From assembly GCF_009914755.1 (NCBI RefSeq), contig NC_060939.1: a stretch of DNA of 64,000 nucleotides; one strand, written 5' to 3'. A program made the translations under genes and the position numbers. This document shows, piece by piece, positions 15,393-34,187 of the stretch (its first letter is position 1; every line of letters begins with the position of its first letter). The notes under the pieces are model-generated. The model worked only from the letters and a program-made list of their open reading frames with translations, had not been told where the DNA came from and made no database searches. Source of the stretch: the human T2T-CHM13v2.0 reference genome, Homo sapiens.

Positions 15393-15771
15393 CGTTGCCC
15401 CTTCATTAACTGGTTTTAGGATCTCACAAATGGAAGGGTAAAGACCAGCAGAAAAGATACTCTTCAGTGCGCACATGAAGAAGCATTTCCCTATTATAAA
15501 TAATGATATTTGTATAATGAGAGTGTTTTCTCTTATACCACAGCAAAAATCCCAGCCAAAAAAAAAAAACAAAAACAAAAAACAAACCTAAGGCTCAGTA
15601 GAAGATCCTGTTTTCGTATACTATATAGTTACATTCCTCTCCTATAGTCTGTAGAGTTTAGCTTTGTGCTGTGGTTTGGAGAAAAATATACTGTAAATTA
15701 TGTCCAAATGGTTACATGCATAAACACCCTCTTTAAACATCTCAATCCATCGATAGAAGAGTAAGCAACAG

Positions 15772-16057
15772 GTGTCCTCACCACCTGTCATCTCTCCCTC
15801 TATCTGTCCATCAATACACCCATCCTCAATCTATCTCTTTTTTTTTGCTACATTTCAAAATAAATTTCAGATGGCAATGCATTTCCCACTCCATATGTCA
15901 GCATGCATGTCATTATAACTAGAGTCCAATACTAGCTTACTGCTTTATTCATTTGAAGCAAAATTTTTAGTGTGAAATACACAAGTATTAACGGCACCTT
16001 TGCTGAGTGTGGACAGATACGTACATTGTGTGTAACTCAAATCCCTGCCACAGTAGA
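15772..16057 (+). repeat. Direct repeat copy 2 (286 bp)
   Basis: ~95% identical to 11952-12241. Confidence 0.95.
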
Positions 16058-16682
16058 AAACGATGTTTTCCATATCAGGTGTCAGTAACTTTCTTGACAA
16101 GTTCTAGCCTTCATTACAGAAAACCTCCAATGAGCTCCAGTTTGAAGATACGCCTACCACATTTACAAGCTGCTGAACCTTAATTCTGATGAATATTTAG
16201 TGAAAAAGGTCACATTAGCTTTCTACTTTCTGATTTTGTATTGTAGATATTTCAGCATTTGTTATTTTTAATGAGAACATAATAAGAATCACCTTGGGGA
16301 TAATGATAACAAGGCAAGAAATAAAAAGTTCTGAAAATAATTATAAATTACAGTACCATACTTTTAGAGCAAGGATATTTACACATATATCTTTTGACAT
16401 CACCACAAATAGAGAGAATATTCTAATGTGTTTTTAATCAGTATTACTTCTGTACTTTCTCTGGAATCTAAAGACCTATCCAGGAAAAGCCTTGACTAAT
16501 GTTGTCCTCAAAGTATGTGTCTGTATACAAAAAATTGGGTTCAAATGCCCCTGGAGTAACTATCAAACTTAAAATAGCACAGCAAACATCCTCTGTTGAA
16601 GATTGACAAGGAGGTTGTAAATCTTCTGACCTACTTGTCATTCTCATGTCTTAGAAATAATGCTTTATGTCTCTCATGGGAC

Positions 16683-17209
16683 TGTGAAAAGAAAATAAGT
16701 CTCAAGACCCCAAAATCACTAAAGCAAGGGAAAAGTGAAACTGGGAACTATCTCAGGCAAAGCTGCCTCCCATTTTATTCCTAAATAAGATAGCTACAAA
16801 GATAAGAAGCTACATACCTCCCTCACAATTTGCCCACAAAGAAGTTCCTTGTGGACAAAGGACAGGCAAAACCCAAAATCATCCCTCTGCTCACGTGAGA
16901 CAAATGCATATCTGATTGCTTTCTTTGCTTTACTGGTTCACTAAACCAGGCTGTCTACCTATGACCTGGAAGCGCTGTCCCCGCTTCGAGTTGTCCCACC
17001 TTTCTGGACCAAACCAGTGTACATCTTACATATATTGATTGATGTCTCCTGTTTCCCAAACATGTATAAAACCAAGCTGTGCCCCAACCACCTTGGGCAC
17101 ATGTTGTCAGAACCTCCTGAGGCTGTGTCATGCGTACATCCATAAACTTGGCAAAATAAACTTCCTAAATTGATGAAGACCTGTCTCAGTCAGACACTCT
17201 TAGTTTACA
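16683..17209 (+). mobile_element. MER4A-family (ERV1) solo LTR
   Basis: TG...CA termini, perfect 4-bp TSD GGAC, TATAAAA 17065, AATAAA 17155, MER4A-like 5' end. Confidence 0.88.
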
Positions 17210-17640
17210 GGACAAATTATGAGAAGCAGGTACACTAAATGAGTAACCTCTATTTTATAAACAGGGATACTGCAGCCCAAAGAGGTTAATCCATTGGCTC
17301 AGAATCGTATCAAAAGTTAGGAGGACATGCAGGCCTAGATCTTAGTCCTCATAATTTCTAACCCAGGGCTCACAATACCATGCGATTGCTTCCAGATGGA
17401 AGTTGATTTAGAACAAAAATGTAACCTAAAATGGAAAATCTTGCTTCAAGCCCTGATTGAGTGATTATCTATAAACAATGCCCTAGAGAAACTTTTTTTT
17501 TTTGCACTTTTTTGCACTGAAAACATCATCTTTAAGTTTGCCCCTTCTTATATAAAGAAGGGTGTGCTTCTGTGATCTTCAAAACCTCTCCTGATGGAAT
17601 GGACCTGTGTTAGGGTAGCACTCCCCCCAACTACCATTCA

Positions 17641-17642
17641 AG

Positions 17643-17675
<33 letters not shown>

Positions 17676-17676
17676 G
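17641..17676. repeat. (GA)n microsatellite
   Basis: Visible dinucleotide run. Confidence 0.9.
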
Positions 17677-18785
17677 AGCACTGATTGACTAGAGCCAAGG
17701 ATCTTGATGTGATTGTTCCTCCCAGAGCTCCCACCTGAATGATGATGTGACTGCCTTGGGAGGGATCTGCCTCGAGAGAAAGCATAACTCACTGTGACAC
17801 TGAGTCTTCAATCAACATCATCCTTCATTGTAAGAACTAACTTCAAATCAAAAAGAACCTTTTCTTTGGAAAATTGGAAATTCCACAGTTTACTCAGTGA
17901 AAACAGTATTTTAAATATTTAAAAATTAGTCTTAATGTCTTTTTACCATATACTAGCACATCTGGGACAATCAGTGCCCTGAGCAAACACGTTGAGCATT
18001 TGAATATGAATTACTCTGATCACTGATATTACTTGCCAGGCTTGCAGTGATATAAGGTAATGATTTTGAAGTCTGCAAAAAGGTTCATTTCATCAAAGAT
18101 TTACATGATTATCTGTTTTTCACTGTCATTTTCAATAGACTATCTCTACTCTAAATTCAAATGCTCTGTAGCCTGTTTTGAAATGAGTGTGGGTTCTTTA
18201 TGGAAACTTGTAATTTGAAAAATATTTACTCTTCACAATTTCCCTAATATAAAAGTCTGAAGAGATATTTAAGGAAAAAAAAAGTCTGAAGAAATGTTTA
18301 CTTAACTTTTCTGAGTTCAGATTGAAAATCAGATAAACCAAGGATCAGGCACTCTATTTTGCAATGTAAGACCTCAGAAGGAAAAATTTGAAGTGAGCTC
18401 TAATTGATCCAATATGCTCATTTAAATCCAATTTATTCTACATTCTTCATGATGCTATCATTGTCTCCCTACCAGCCAGTATTATTCCAGGCCTGTAGCA
18501 GGAGCTAGATGAATGTGAACTGACTGAAGAAATGAATCCTGATAAGTGGGTGGACTGGATTTGATGAAACTCCTTCAGGTAGGGATTGCAAATTGGTGGT
18601 AATATTCCACCCAAAGGAAATCCTTTCTTAAGAATTTATAAAATAAGAATTTCAAAGATTTGTGTAAACCTATCCATAGTTGACCTAACAACATTAGGAA
18701 CATGATCCCACAAGGTGACAATTGTCTGGGCTTGAGTGACAGGCTGCTCCTTTAGGTCGGGTGACCACGTAAATTTATCTTCCAG

Positions 18786-21700
18786 ACGTGAGACTTGCAT
18801 AGTGGTGGATTGAGGTCCTCCGTAAATCCTCTCTCCACAAAAAGCAATGAAAACGCTGGCAAGATTATATAAAAGCAGACATTTCAGAACTCCGGAAATA
18901 AAATCAAAGGCATACAACAAATTAAAAGTGTTTACTGAAGAAACAGTACTGAACTTCAATAAGAACAGTGAGGTCTATGCCATTTTAACTTAGAGATTTG
19001 CCTATATCCCTCTCAGCTCCTTGGCATGGTACCATGAAGACCAGAAGCCTTGTTGCCACCAGAGGGGGATGATTTAATTTGGAACTCTACAAAATGCCCC
19101 ATCCCCAGAGTTTTGCCACTATTTGACCCGACTTGGAGCTCCATGGGAAAGTTTTATTCCCAAAGCATTGTTGATGATAATGATGATCAGCATCACTTGA
19201 GGAAGGTGAACTCTGAAGCCTTCAAGACAGTGATGCCAGCTAAGGCAAGAAAGACACCAGCCAAACATGTAAAAGGAAGATCTGGGGAATCAGATCTAGT
19301 TCACAGTGGACTATAAAAATCTCAGACATATTCCTGAGGATCTGAAAGCCTGTGTGTATGTGCAGGGTCGTGTGAACAGTCAAGAAAGAGCAGAGAGAGT
19401 CTTAGTTACTTACTCATCCCTGGCTGACCTTGATGTCCTGTGAAAGCAAAAAGTGAAAGACAAGGAAGACTTAATCTGCCTAAACTTTGAAAGCATGCTC
19501 CAAACTACACACAGATCCTCACAGCAAAGGGTGAAAAATGTATTACCATAAAGCATTCAAGAAAATTAAAGACCGATCATTGGCTGCCCTAAGCTATGCT
19601 GACATATGGGTGACCCCTATAAAGCCAGGACTAAAAATGAAAACAGACAGAGACTTCAGTATAGGGAATGCAAACACTAGCATACTGGTCCAGGAAAGTA
19701 AACAAACAAAGCCTAACCCCAACAACAACAAAATACAACAACAATAAATAGTGGGAGAAAGGGATGATTAGATTTCAATGGTATTAAAATATATGGCTAG
19801 TGTTTCCAGTTTATTATATTAGGAGGCATGCAAAGAAATTGCGATGTGCAGCCTGTATACAAGAAACAAAACCATCAAAAGATACTGGCCCTCAAGGTGC
19901 CCAGAAGTTGGATTTAGTAAATAGACTTTAAATCAGCTATTTAATAATAATAAGAAGAAAGAATATAATATATAATAATAAGAAATAATGGTTGAACTTC
20001 CCATAATTTATTAAAAGCATTAATTTACACTTCTAAGAGGCTCAACTAAGTCTTAATATAGTAAGCTTAAAGAGATACACACCTGGACACAACGTAATTG
20101 TTCTGTTGAAAGCCAAAGACAGAGGGAGAATCTTGAAAGCAAGAGAGAAGAGACTCATCATATACAAGGATCCTCAATAAGAATGACAGCTGACTTCTCA
20201 TAAAAAACCATGGAGGCCAGAAGGCAGTGAGACAACATATTCAAAGTGCTGAAACAAAGCAGGGAACCCCCCACCATCAACCAAAACTTCTATATTGAGC
20301 AAAATTACCCTTCAAAACGGCAAGTGAAATAAAGACATGCCCAGGTAAATAAAAATGGAGACAATACATTTATAGCAGCCCTACTCTACAAGAAATACCA
20401 AAGGAAGTCTTTTAAGGTATATAGGAATGATAAATCAATGTTAACTTGAACTCACACAAGGAAAGGAAGATCACCATAAAGGAAATTACATGGGTAAATA
20501 TAAAATGTAAATAAAGTTTTTACTCTTTTCTTCTTTCAACCAATTTAAAAGACAATTGTATGAAACAATAATTATGAAGCTATATTGTTGAGTTTATAAG
20601 CATAATTTGTATAACAATACTATCACCTTGGAGAAGGACAAGTCATGATGTTGGAAGGAAATTTCTATATACTTTTGAAATTAAGTTAGTAATAATCAGC
20701 ACTAAATTGTTTTAAGGTAGGATGCATATTTAATCCCCAGAGCAGCCACAAAAAATAAGTAAAAGAAAAGGTAGTGAACAATCCAAAGAAATTAAAATAG
20801 TGTACTAGAAAATAACACAAAAGAAAACAAAGAGCAAAATATCAGCTATAAATTCAACCACATCAATAATTAAATGAAAATGCATTACACAGTCCAATCA
20901 AAAGGCAGAGAATGTCAGACTGGATTAATTAAAAAGGACATAACCATATAGTTTCAATAAGAGGTATGTTCTAGATTCAAAGACACAAATAAATGGAAAG
21001 TAAAAGGATGGAAAAGATATACTATGCAGACAGTAACTGAAAGACTGCTAGAAGGACTATACCAATATCAGAAAAAATTACTTTAATACAGATAATATTA
21101 CTAGAGACAAAGAAGGACATTTTATAATGGTAGAACAGTTAATTTATCTGGAATATATAACAATTAAAAACAGATACGTATCTGTGTACCTAACAACAGA
21201 GCCCAAAATATATGAAGCAAAAACTGATGGAATTCAAAGGGGAAATAAACAGTACAACAATAGTAGTTGGAAACTTCATTCTCCACTCTTAATAGTTGGT
21301 AGGACAACAAGATGCAGAATCAGCCAGGATGTAGAAGGCCAGAACAACACTATCAACCAACTTGATCTGCTGACGTCTAAGGAACACTGCACCCAACAGC
21401 AGCAGAATACATATCCTTTTCAAGGCCATTCTCCAGAATAGAGCATTTTTTTATGCAATAATACAAGGCTTAATAATTTTATTTTTATTTTTATTTTTTT
21501 TGAGTCAGGGTTGTTCTCTGTCACCCAGGCTGGAGTGCAGTGGCATGATCAGGGCTTACTGCAGCCTTGACCTCCCAGGCTCAAGTGACTACAGGCATGC
21601 ACCACCACACCCAGCTGATTTTTTAATTTTTATTTTTGTAGAGACAGGGTCTCACTATATTGCTCAGTCTGGTCTTGAACTCCTGAGCTCAAGAAATCCA

Positions 21701-21832
21701 CCTGCCTCAGCTTCCCAAAGTGCTAGGATTAAAGGCATAAGCCACTGTGCCCAACCAAGTCTTAATAATTTTAAAGAGATTGAGATCATACAAAGTATGT
21801 TCTCAAAAAACAATGGAATTAAATTAGGAATC
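18786..21832 (+). mobile_element. L1M fragment: 5' UTR, ORF1 and ORF2 endonuclease remnants
   Basis: ORF1-like 'aataagaatgacagctgacttctca...ccatggaggccagaaggcagtg', EN-like 'ccaatcaaaaggcagagaatgtcagactggatt', 'agagacaaagaaggacattttataatg'. Confidence 0.8.
21481..21756 (-). mobile_element. AluJ
   Basis: Antisense Alu; TSD aaggcttaataatttt / aagtcttaataatttt. Confidence 0.9.
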
Positions 21833-22389
21833 TATTTTTCAAACCAGGACACTTTTAAGAATCATAACGATAATAATTACATCAGAACAACAGGCATAAA
21901 TTAAAATGCTCTTGAGCAAATTAGAACCTGTGCTCATCCTGCCTTTAGCAAGGAATCCATCATATAATTCTCATCCAATCCATACTTTAGTCATCTCCAG
22001 TGTGAAGCCTGCCTCACCCTGTAGGCCTTTGAGTTTGCAATGCCTCTGTTAGACCAATTTTAATTGGGTCATTGTAGGAAACATGCACTTTATTTTCCAA
22101 TGAATTAGTCTTAAATTCTACCATGCCCCATTCCTATTTTATCTTTCACATTTGTATTGGTATTAGGCATAGTGTGTGTATATATTTATGGGGTATAGGA
22201 GATATTTTGATACAGGCATTCAGTGCATAGTAATCATTTAAGAGTAAATGGGGCGGGGCATCCATCACCTCAAGCATTTATCATTCTCAAGTACACATGA
22301 AAAATCTACAAAATTAATCACATGCTGGGTCATATATCAATATTAAAAATATTGGTACATTCATAATATAGACATTATATATATGTATA

Positions 22390-22550
22390 TTTTTTGAGAC
22401 CAGGTCATGAAACTGGCCAGTTTTTGTATTTTGGTAGAGACAGGGTTTTACTACATTGCCCAGGCTGGTCTCAAATTCCTGGCCTCAAGCGATCCACCCA
22501 CCTCAGCCTCCCAAAGTGCTTGATAACAGGCATAAGCCACCATGCAGGCC
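22390..22550 (-). mobile_element. Alu left monomer/FLAM fragment
   Basis: 'ttgcccaggctggtctcaaattcctggcctcaagcgatccacccacctcagcctcccaaagtgct'. Confidence 0.8.
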
Positions 22551-22759
22551 AATAATATAAAAATGTTATAAAATAACACTTTGGTCATAAGTAATAATAT
22601 TGCAAATGAAAACAGCTTTTTAAAAAAGTATCTTCCAACTAGAAATTTAAAATTTCTTCTATTTAATAACAAAAGGATGAAAATAAAGATTTTAAAATGT
22701 CATAAAATTTCTAAAAGTCAAATTTAATTTAAAATTACACATAAAAATTTATGACATAC

Positions 22760-25453
<2,694 letters not shown>

Positions 25454-25934
25454 AAAAGTTTATGAGATACTTTTAAAGCATATTAGAAGAACATTCATAT
25501 TGTTAAGCATATATCAATATCAATAAAAAATATAAGAAAATGAACTAACTTCCCACTCAAAAACTAGAAATAAACCAAAAGAAAGCATAAAGTAAATAAA
25601 ATAAAGATAAAAGCAGAATTTGATCAGATAGATAATATAAAAACAAGAGATGTAATGAATGAATCAAAACTCTAGTGATTAATAAAATGAAATACACAAA
25701 CCATTTAAGAAAAAATGGGGAATATAAATAAAATAAGAAATGACACAGTAAAAATAAAAGTCATAACAGATGACTTACCCACCTTTATTCAAAAAATTTA
25801 GAACATATACATATTGGAGAATTTCTTGGGGAAATATATTTTACTACTGAAATTGACCCCATTATAGATAGAATGCTTAAGGGGGCCATTTGCTATGGAA
25901 AAAAGAGAAAATTACCAAGGAACTTTTACTCGCC

Positions 25935-25935
<1 letters not shown>

Positions 25936-25977
<42 letters not shown>

Positions 25978-26017
25978 GCACACACACAGAGAGAGAGAGA
26001 GAGAAAGAGAGAGAGAC
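25936..26017. repeat. Compound (CA)n-(GA)n microsatellite
   Basis: Visible. Confidence 0.95.
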
Positions 26018-27555
26018 AAAGGGCCCAGGTGCCTTTACAGGGAAATTCTACCAAACATATAAAGATCATGCCAGTCTGATGCCAAATAAATTTTTCCAAA
26101 ACCTACAAAATTAAGGAAAACTTACAAATTTAGTTTTAGGAGTAGAAGAATGATTCAATAGAAAGAAATTCAATAATATAATTTACTGTGGAGAAGAAAT
26201 ATTTCTCTCCATTGATGCTCCCCATTGGGTCTGACAAGTTTCAACACCCATTCTTGATTTTTTTATAAAAACCCTGAAAATAGTAAGGTATGGGCATCTC
26301 CTCTGTTTTCTCCTTCTGTCAGTCTGTCTGCCTCCACAAGAGACCTTTCCAGGATGATCTGGAATAGGAAGAGTGTGCCTATTATCTCCTGCCTTTATCA
26401 TTTTTACAGAAGGCATTAGCCACTGCAGTTAGACACAAGACATTTATTAGGGGCATGAAAATTGGGTATGATGAAGTACATCTATTTCTGCTTGCAGATA
26501 ATATGATAGTAAAACTGGAAAACACTGGAGAACCAGTGATAAAACTAACACAATATTAAGAGAATTCAGAAAGCAAGGAGGATATAAAAATTACATAAAA
26601 TAATAGAAATGCTTATATTCATGATTAGTAAGCAATCAGAGGACACTGGAAGAGAAAATACCATTTAAAATAGTATCAAAAAGATAGATAATATTCTCAC
26701 AAATGAACTTAGTAAGAAGTATGAAAACCCTATGAGAAGTACTTATGAACAAACAGAAAATGTAATCATTGTTATTGTGTAGGATAACTCAATATTATAA
26801 AGATGCAGATTCTCCCTCGGTTAACTTATCCATGTAATAGAACCCCAATAAAATATGAATTTTTTTTCTGAAGCTATATATGTTGAGATTAAAGTTAATT
26901 TGGAAGAAAAAATATGCAAGAATACAAGAAAATACTGAATAAGATGAACTGCTAGCCGTAGCCCAACCAGATATTAAAACACACACAAAATCTTTATAAT
27001 TAACACAGTGGTACAAGCAGATTACTCATTAATTAGCTATTGAAAAGAAATACAAAAATAGATCCAGGTATACATGGAAACTTAGCATATGATAATTATG
27101 GTATTTCAAATTAGTGTGACAAAGTTGAACTTTTGAATAAGTAGTATGGGAAGACCTGGATGGTTAGATGGAAAGTATTTAAATTACATCAATACTTTAC
27201 ATATTACTTAAGACTGTGATTCAAATGGATCAGAGATGTAAGTGTAGAAGATGAAATCATAGAGATACCAGAATAATTCATAAGCAAACCCTTTTATAAC
27301 TTGGGTGAAAGTTATCGGGAAAGGTTCTAATTATTTCCCCAAATCCAGATGCAAAAAATATTGATAAATTTGACTAGAGAAACAGGTGTAAAAATTTCAT
27401 GATCAGTAAAGTATAACCAAAATCAAAAGACAACGGATAAATGGGAAGAAATTATTTGCAAGTTATGCCACAGAAAAATGCCTGTAACATGTAAAATTTG
27501 AGGACAAAATATGAAAAAATTTGATAGAAAATTGTGCAAAGGACAAAAAAGATAA

Positions 27556-27900
<345 letters not shown>

Positions 27901-30469
27901 GGTCCTAAATGTTTTTAAATGTTCAATATACTCATAATTAACAAAACACAAATTAGAACTGTGTTGTGATATCACTTTTTACCCCTTAGCTTGGTAAAAT
28001 CTAGCAAATTTGAAAATTCACTACTGACAAGACTATTGAAAAATAGGTGTCTTCTTTCATTGATAGTGGGAATGAGAAATGGAGAAAACTTCCCTATGAG
28101 AAGGAAATTTGACAATATATGATAAAATTACACATGTACCCTTTGACCTAGAAATCTGACTTCTGGAAATTTACCCTGAAAATACACCTTCAACAGCATA
28201 AAAATTGGCATGCACAAAGTTATATGATTCAGTATTATATGTATTTGCAAAATATTGGGAACTATGAAAATACCCCAACAAAGTACATTAATTTAAACAT
28301 TATGATATTTACATGCAATAGAATACTATGCAGCTATGTAAAAAGGATAAGTAAGAGCTGCATTAACTGGTGTATTTCCAAGGTACAATACTGAAGAAGT
28401 TAAAGAATCAGAATGCAAAAGTTTTATATAGCGTGTGATGTTTGATGTCAGAAAGGAAGTAGAATTAGAAAATAGTTATTTTTCTGTTTATTTTTGGAGA
28501 AAGAAAAAAATAAAGCAGAAATTCATGAAATGTATTATGTAGAGGAGGTGTCTGTGTATCTGTGTGGCAGAAACAAGTAGAAACAATGGGGTGGGATGGC
28601 ACTTCTCTTGATATGTCTTGTTTCATTTTGTATAGTGTGGATTTTTGGGATCATGTTAAAATTTCACATATTCAAAAATAGAATTAAATCCATAATAATG
28701 AGGAAAAGCCCTAGAGTGTAATACAAATAGAAACTAATGAACTCAGCTCCACTTTAAATTAATAACATAACCGCACTGGAGAAAAAAAAGTAAATCAAAT
28801 AACTTTTGAGCATAGCATTTTGATTACTCTCTTGTATTCTTAGCTTAAAGGGGGAGAGCAGAAACATCTGAAAACACATTCTGAACTCAACCTAGGGGTC
28901 TTCTTTTCATTGTAGCATGGTTACTGTAATTCTGAAACTATATCGTGTATATTGCACGTTGAGCAAATTAAAAAATATATTAATTTTGTTGAAAATTGGG
29001 AATCTTATGGAAGGAGTTACAAATAGGGAAAGTTCAAAGACAAGGAAGGATTTTATGGGTGACATAAGTACATCCTCATTAATTCTAGTGTGTGATTAAA
29101 TAGTATTATTATATCATAATATATGACATTATGCATTCTGTCCTCTAAAAGGTCTGAAAGCAAGAATACTTCAGAGCAACTAGATTTGTTTTCCAAATAC
29201 CATTCTCTATTAAAAGGAACCAAGGGGAAATTTTGAATTCAAGGGTAGGGAAAAAGAAAATATGAGTGGCAATCCTGTTGCTTCAGAAAGTAAGCGGGGA
29301 AAGAAAGGTAACTATGTGAGGTGAAGGCTCTGCTAACTGGTTTATATGGGAACCACTTCCCAATGTATACCTGTATCGAATCATCCCCTTGTATGCCTGC
29401 AATACGTACTGTATGATTTGTCTCTTATACCTCAATACACCTGGGGAAAATTTTAAATTTTTTTAAAGATAAAAGAATTGAGACAAATCTCAAACAATAA
29501 ATATTGGGGGCATGCTAAATACAGGAGTCAGCTTGAAGAGGTTCCTATTGTCAAAATCTTGGATGATTTGAGAACAACAATAAATAATGACAGTAATGGA
29601 TCAAAGTGCATTAAATAAAACAAGAAACCATGAGTCTCTACAGAAAGTAACACTAGAAAAAGAGGAGGAGTGCTTCCTATAATACCAACTAATAAATGTA
29701 GAAGAACAGTAAAGTTAGAAAATCACCATTTTACAAGCAGCAAGCAAGAATCATCAATGCATGTTAAAACTAAGGTAGTTAAACATTTTCAAATAATTTC
29801 CCCCAAAGAACAGTCAGCCATTCAGAAAGAAAAAGAAGGAACTTTAAAGTGGAGAAACCTGGCAGATAACAGCTTGACTAAGTGATCAGTGTGATCCACA
29901 ATGAGATAAACCAACATCGTGTGTTTCCTACAATAACGCATCAAGAAAAGCAACATTACTTATGTCATATTTCTTCCCAAAATACATAACCTGAATCTGA
30001 TCATGAGAAAGACTCACACAGAGGTACATTCTACAAAATACTTTTGTCTACTGAAACTACTGTGTTGTGAAAGATCAAGAATGGCCACAACCTGTTCTGG
30101 ACTAAAAACAGACCAAGTGGACACAATAACTAGTGAAATGTGTGATCCTGAATGGGTTCCTGGGCTATATGGGAAAAATGCTATTGAAGGTATTATTAGA
30201 TCAGTTAGAAAAATTAGTCTATGTACTGTAGATTAGATAATATTATAGAAACTTATAGTATTATTTTTACACATTTATTTGTAAACTTGTGAATACTTCC
30301 AAGAGAACAGTTTTAAAAATTGGGGGAAAATTTAAAAGCTGATGTATACGGAGATGCAAACAACCTAGAACAGCAATAAGTAAACAAATAAATGAACAAA
30401 TTCAGAGCACTAACAATAATAGATATTAAGAAAATGAAAGGCCATAGTAATTTTTTAAATGTGATATTA

Positions 30470-32038
<1,569 letters not shown>

Positions 32039-32207
32039 TATGAAAACACAAAAGAGCTTCTACAAATAAAAAGAAAGCCAACAGTCTAGTTTTAAAATGG
32101 GCAAAAGACTTAAATGACACTTCATAAAAGAAGATATTCCAATGGCTGGTAAAAATTTGAAAGAAGTTCTATGAAATCAAAACCAGAATGAAATACCAGA
32201 ATGGCAG

Positions 32208-32571
<364 letters not shown>

Positions 32572-33329
32572 TCATATATTGCCAATGCGTGATGAATATA
32601 ACTGCTTTAGAAATCTCTGTAGTAATATTTATAATCATGAAACACATGCCTTCCTTGTGATCTGGACATTCTATTTTCAGTCAGATAACCAAGAGAAATG
32701 AACACATATGTCCATCAAAAGACAAGAATATTCATGTTAGCTTTATTCATAACATCCCAAAGTTTCAAACCCAAAAATCCATTGGCATAGGAACAAATAA
32801 ATAACGTGTGGTGTATTCACACAATGAACTATCATGCACAGCAGTAAAAAGTAATGAATGACTGGTAATGTAGCAATAAGGGTACATCTCACAGACACTG
32901 CACTGAGTGAGAGAAGCCGGAGGCTAAGTGGATAATACTGCATGACCACATGTATGCGAGGTGCAAGACTGGGCAAAACCAGGCTTCTGTGGCCAAAGCC
33001 TGAATAGTTGGTTACCCAGTGTCGGCACTGACTTGAAGATGGCCCAGCCACTGGGAATTACATAATTATATATTTGTTATATATAATAATCCAGATGCTA
33101 TACATATGCTATTCATATACATATGGTATACACATGCGAAATAGTTCACTGAGCCATACTTTTAAGATCGGTGCATTTTTGTTGTGTGTGCATTATCCCT
33201 TGATAGTACCGTTTTGATTGACAAGGGAAAGGCGCTTTTTCAAAATATAAAACCACGAAACATCATGTAACCCAGAAGTACAGTTTTGGGAGTGGGAGAG
33301 ATGTTTCTCAAAGCAGAACCTGGGGCAAC

Positions 33330-33830
33330 CACGGAGCAGCGGATGCGCGCTGAAGGGCGCGTGGGCAGCGGGGTGGTTCCGCGGCCTGCGGGGCGCAGCG
33401 CGCCACCGCGGGATCTGAAAGGCGCTTCCTGGCAACGCTGCTAGGGTCCCGCCGCCCCCGCCGAGGTGAAGTCCAACCCGCAGCTGCGCGGGCAGCCCAG
33501 GTCTTCCCCAGAACCTCCGGAGCCGAGGACCCAGCGCCAAGCCAGGAGCAAAGCAGCGCGCCAGGCTGGAGCTGTTCCGTCATTACCGCCACGTCTGCGC
33601 TTCGGTTGTGAGAACCGATTCGTTACCCTAACCTCTTAGGACTAAGAGCCAGTCTTCTGGTGGCGCTCGCTTTCACTTACTTTTTATTTCCCTTTCTATT
33701 CCCGCGAGCTAGGGGGAGAAAGTGTAAATCCCGCCCGCTTCTCCAGGGCTGAAAATGGAGAGGCTGAGGCGGCTTGGAGAGTGCGCACTGCGCATGCTCC
33801 GCAGAGCATCCCCGCAGGTCAACCGGGGCA
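33330..33830. promoter_or_regulatory. Orphan CpG-rich promoter/enhancer-like patch
   Basis: Non-repeat, CpG-dense; NRF1-like TGCGCACTGCGCATGC at ~33782-33797; E2F-like TTCCCGCG (~33699) and ATCCCGCC (~33728). Confidence 0.6.
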
Positions 33831-33874
33831 AGGGAGAGACATGAAAGCCTGTGGCTTCTCCTTTGAAGATTCTT

Positions 33875-34187
<313 letters not shown>

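Larger units (their letters stand above)
18758..21940 (+). mobile_element. MER94-like hAT MITE split in two (18758-18784 and 21838-21940)
   Basis: 'gggtgaccacgtaaatttatcttcca' continues as 'aaaccaggacactttt...acaacaggcataaa...gctcatcct'; flanks cctttagg/cctttagc. Confidence 0.65.
18581..22045. mobile_element. Degenerate hAT-type DNA element acting as outer host of a nested TE cluster
   Basis: Inverted termini agggattgcaaatt (18581) / agtttgcaatgcct (22032-22045), 12/14 match. Confidence 0.45.

Noticed and set aside
33193-33592. Minus-strand ORFs in the orphan CpG patch
   Set aside because: Low-complexity GC-rich frames with no recognisable homology
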